A stretch of 64,000 nucleotides of DNA. Source: a virus (taxonomy: Duplodnaviria; Caudoviricetes). Made by a program: the position numbers and the translations under genes. The notes beneath the pieces were generated by a model. The model worked only from the letters and a program-made list of their open reading frames with translations, made no database searches and was not told the DNA's origin. The stretch lies in the IMG/VR virus record IMGVR_UViG_3300024246_000005, positions 4,398-68,397 of that record. The stretch is one strand, 5' to 3'. Positions 61,922-64,000 of the stretch are shown in pieces (the stretch's first letter is position 1; every line of letters starts with the position of its first letter).

Positions 61922-62104
61922 TCAGTACTCTCCCGCTGCTGCATCGCGCACGGCCTGGATGTTGCTGGGGCGCGGGGCTTCGAGCATGTAGCCGCCGCAG
62001 TCTGGCTCAGGGCAGCCAAATCCAGTTCCCTCACTGCCATCTGGCGCTATGCACGGCTCGCATTCCAGAAGCGTGCAGACTTTTCCGCATTTGGTGCAGC
62101 GCAT
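61922..62104 (-). CDS. Small Cys-rich zinc-ribbon protein
   Basis: MRCTKCG...CPEPDCGG; ATG at 62104. Confidence 0.45.
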   Translation of the reverse strand: MRCTKCGKVCTLLECEPCIAPDGSEGTGFGCPEPDCGGYMLEAPRPSNIQAVRDAAAGEY

Positions 62105-62139
62105 TGGTGTAGTTAGGATTCTAGCCAGCGTCTTGCCGC

Positions 62140-62445
62140 TCATTCCGGCCACTCTGGAATCTCTATGGTTTGCCCAGCCATTTTGTGCGTGCAGTCTCCT
62201 AGAAATTGAATCTTTCCATCGGTCACGAACGAATGGCAAATTGGGGCTGTTGGATTGCCGCCACCAACATTGACTAGTAGACTCGGTGTGAAAGTTGGGC
62301 TATCTATGTTGCCATTCCAGTTCCAAGCGCGAGGATTGCCGCGTACCGGGATGTTATGTGCGCTCTCGCAGCCAGGGCAGTGAAACGCTACCCAAGTTTC
62401 CTCGCTATCAGCCATCTTGCCAATTGTGACGTGTAATTTGCTCAC
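62140..62445 (-). CDS. DUF6527-like protein
   Basis: FHCPGC...WNWNGNIDSPTFTPSLLV...CHSFVTDGKIQFLGDCTH. Confidence 0.7.
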   Translation of the reverse strand: MSKLHVTIGKMADSEETWVAFHCPGCESAHNIPVRGNPRAWNWNGNIDSPTFTPSLLVNVGGGNPTAPICHSFVTDGKIQFLGDCTHKMAGQTIEIPEWPE

Positions 62446-62708
62446 GGCTCCCCCTGACAGCTCTTTAGAATGGCGTCCAGCGTGGCCATATACTCGCCAG
62501 GCAAGTCGTTAATACACTCATCGCCAAATTCTTTGACTATAGCCGCTATCGCCGCTTCCCGCCGCGCTGCACGAATCCCTTCGTTCGATTCCCGGCCAAG
62601 AAAGCTGTTTACCTCGAAGGCGATGGATTGCACCAGTTCTCGCGCCGCCCCACAGCCATAAACGTTGAATCCCTGCTGAATCGCATCCTCTAGTGTGTTG
62701 TTGCTCAT
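62442..62708 (-). CDS. Hypothetical protein
   Basis: GTGA/ATGA overlaps with neighbours. Confidence 0.5.
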   Translation of the reverse strand: MSNNTLEDAIQQGFNVYGCGAARELVQSIAFEVNSFLGRESNEGIRAARREAAIAAIVKEFGDECINDLPGEYMATLDAILKSCQGEP

Positions 62709-62929
62709 GGGCGTGGCTCCGGTGGAAATATCTCCGGGTTAGGAATCCAATCGCTGCCAGTTAAATCTAGTCTGAGATTGTACGGATAGTAAGGACTTGC
62801 GATAAAACACTCATCGCACAGGAAATAGCCCTCCGAATTGGGGTGTACTATCGGCACTGATTGATTGCATCTCTCGCAAAGCAACTCGACTTCACACAGC
62901 ATTGATATAGTTCCTGTCTGTTCACTCAT
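62705..62929 (-). CDS. Small CxxC...CxxC zinc-finger protein
   Basis: LCERCN...LCDEC. Confidence 0.5.
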   Translation of the reverse strand: MSEQTGTISMLCEVELLCERCNQSVPIVHPNSEGYFLCDECFIASPYYPYNLRLDLTGSDWIPNPEIFPPEPRP

Positions 62930-63972
62930 AGCTTCCCTTCCTTCTCGCTCGCGGGGGTGGAGAGAGCGGCTTTAAGTAGATCGTTCAGCTTGGTGCATTT
63001 CAATTCCTCAATCACCTTCCGCTGTTCGTCTACCATCCGATGCGCCAGCCGAAGCTGCTCTAAAAGTTCCGCCGTGTTATGGACATTGAACTCTGCTCCA
63101 TCGACTGGAACCACCAGTGCCTCTAATTTAGAAGTTAATTCACGTAACCTATCCATATTTGGCGGCGTGTTATCTCCACTTACATTTCGCATCTTTGGTA
63201 TCGCTTCAACCTCCTCTAACGGCGGCGTCTTAGGTTGCGGGGCAGCGTCCGGCTGGCGAGCGGCGAGGTCGGCATATAGTTCCGTCAATTCCTTACTGGG
63301 AGTATCGTCACAGGTTCCTTCACCGTTCAGCGCGTTCCACGTATCCTGTACGCATTCTTCTATCGTCGCTTCGTCCATCGCAGGGAAACTGTCACCGTCG
63401 TCCATACGCAGATCACCGCGCAGGATTACAAGCTGCACAGCGGCACGAACTAATTTGCCCACGAGTATCTCCAGGCTGCCACCCTCCGGCATCCTCTCCC
63501 CTTTCTGCAAGGCTACGGGCGCCTGGATACGAATAGCGTTATCCATTTCTTCGGCACAAGAGCGCAAAGTTAATTGCGTAGCTCGATCAACTCCGTTTGT
63601 AATCTTATCTAGTAGCCGCATGGCTCGTTTGTGCCAGCCATGCGTAACCTGCGCTGCCTTCTCAGCCATATCCCGCTGACCGCGCTGGTAGGCTTCGTCA
63701 CGATCATCTGTAACAGAAGCGACGCTCTCACGAGCCATCCGGATTGAGTCGCATAGAAAAGCTATCAATGTGTTGTCTGGAAGCGGTTTTGCCTGTTCCT
63801 CGTGTATAAGAACTCCTGCGCGGCGAGTGAATTGCGCGAATGTCCCTTCGTATCTGCCAGCGACCAGCCGCTCCCCGCCAGCTTGCTCTGGTGTCTCGCG
63901 GTTCCTAAGCCAGTTATCGAACTTCTCATCACCAGCTTCTAGTCGTCGCTGCTCTGGTGTCTCGGCCTCCAC
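62926..63972 (-). CDS. Hypothetical mosaic coiled-coil protein
   Basis: 348-aa ORF. Confidence 0.6.
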   Translation of the reverse strand: MEAETPEQRRLEAGDEKFDNWLRNRETPEQAGGERLVAGRYEGTFAQFTRRAGVLIHEEQAKPLPDNTLIAFLCDSIRMARESVASVTDDRDEAYQRGQRDMAEKAAQVTHGWHKRAMRLLDKITNGVDRATQLTLRSCAEEMDNAIRIQAPVALQKGERMPEGGSLEILVGKLVRAAVQLVILRGDLRMDDGDSFPAMDEATIEECVQDTWNALNGEGTCDDTPSKELTELYADLAARQPDAAPQPKTPPLEEVEAIPKMRNVSGDNTPPNMDRLRELTSKLEALVVPVDGAEFNVHNTAELLEQLRLAHRMVDEQRKVIEELKCTKLNDLLKAALSTPASEKEGKL

Positions 63973-64000
63973 GTTGCACCAGCATTCAGGATGACTACAG

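Larger units (their letters stand above)
1..64000. mobile_element. Tailed bacteriophage or prophage genome segment with P22-like podovirus organisation
   Basis: TerS, TerL, portal, scaffold, capsid, tail and ejection genes, holin-like genes and endolysin occur in a phage-like order. No host housekeeping genes. No tape-measure or sheath gene recognised. Confidence 0.95.

Noticed and set aside
62140-62445. Ammonia monooxygenase-type auxiliary metabolic gene (a label often given to this family)
   Set aside because: 101-aa soluble Cys/His protein with no resemblance to membrane AmoA/B/C.

Overview
The whole window is one tailed-phage genome segment with no host genes and no integrase or replication genes in view. 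It has a P22-like, short-tailed (podovirus-type) layout. From left to right: (1) a leftward early/recombination block (1-4692) with an unusually long Bet-type recombinase that the ORF track missed; (2) a divergent promoter switch (~4740-4820); (3) a rightward late region with TerS, TerL, portal, scaffold, major capsid, GroES, head-tail and tail proteins, and three internal/ejection proteins (5462-37060); (4) a 10.7-kb modification cluster of five glycosyltransferase genes, three FkbM-type methyltransferases, a C5 DNA methyltransferase and a helicase-DNA methylase fusion (37099-47840); (5) large Ser/Thr-rich beta-helix/Ig-repeat proteins carrying Sec-type signal peptides (48576-57255); (6) a split, convergent lysis module; (7) a leftward block of small accessory genes. 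Six free-standing homing-type endonucleases are interspersed. The best candidate for an undescribed system is the glycosylation/methylation cluster together with the exported Ig-repeat proteins. All product calls come from motifs recognised by eye and from gene order; no database search was run.
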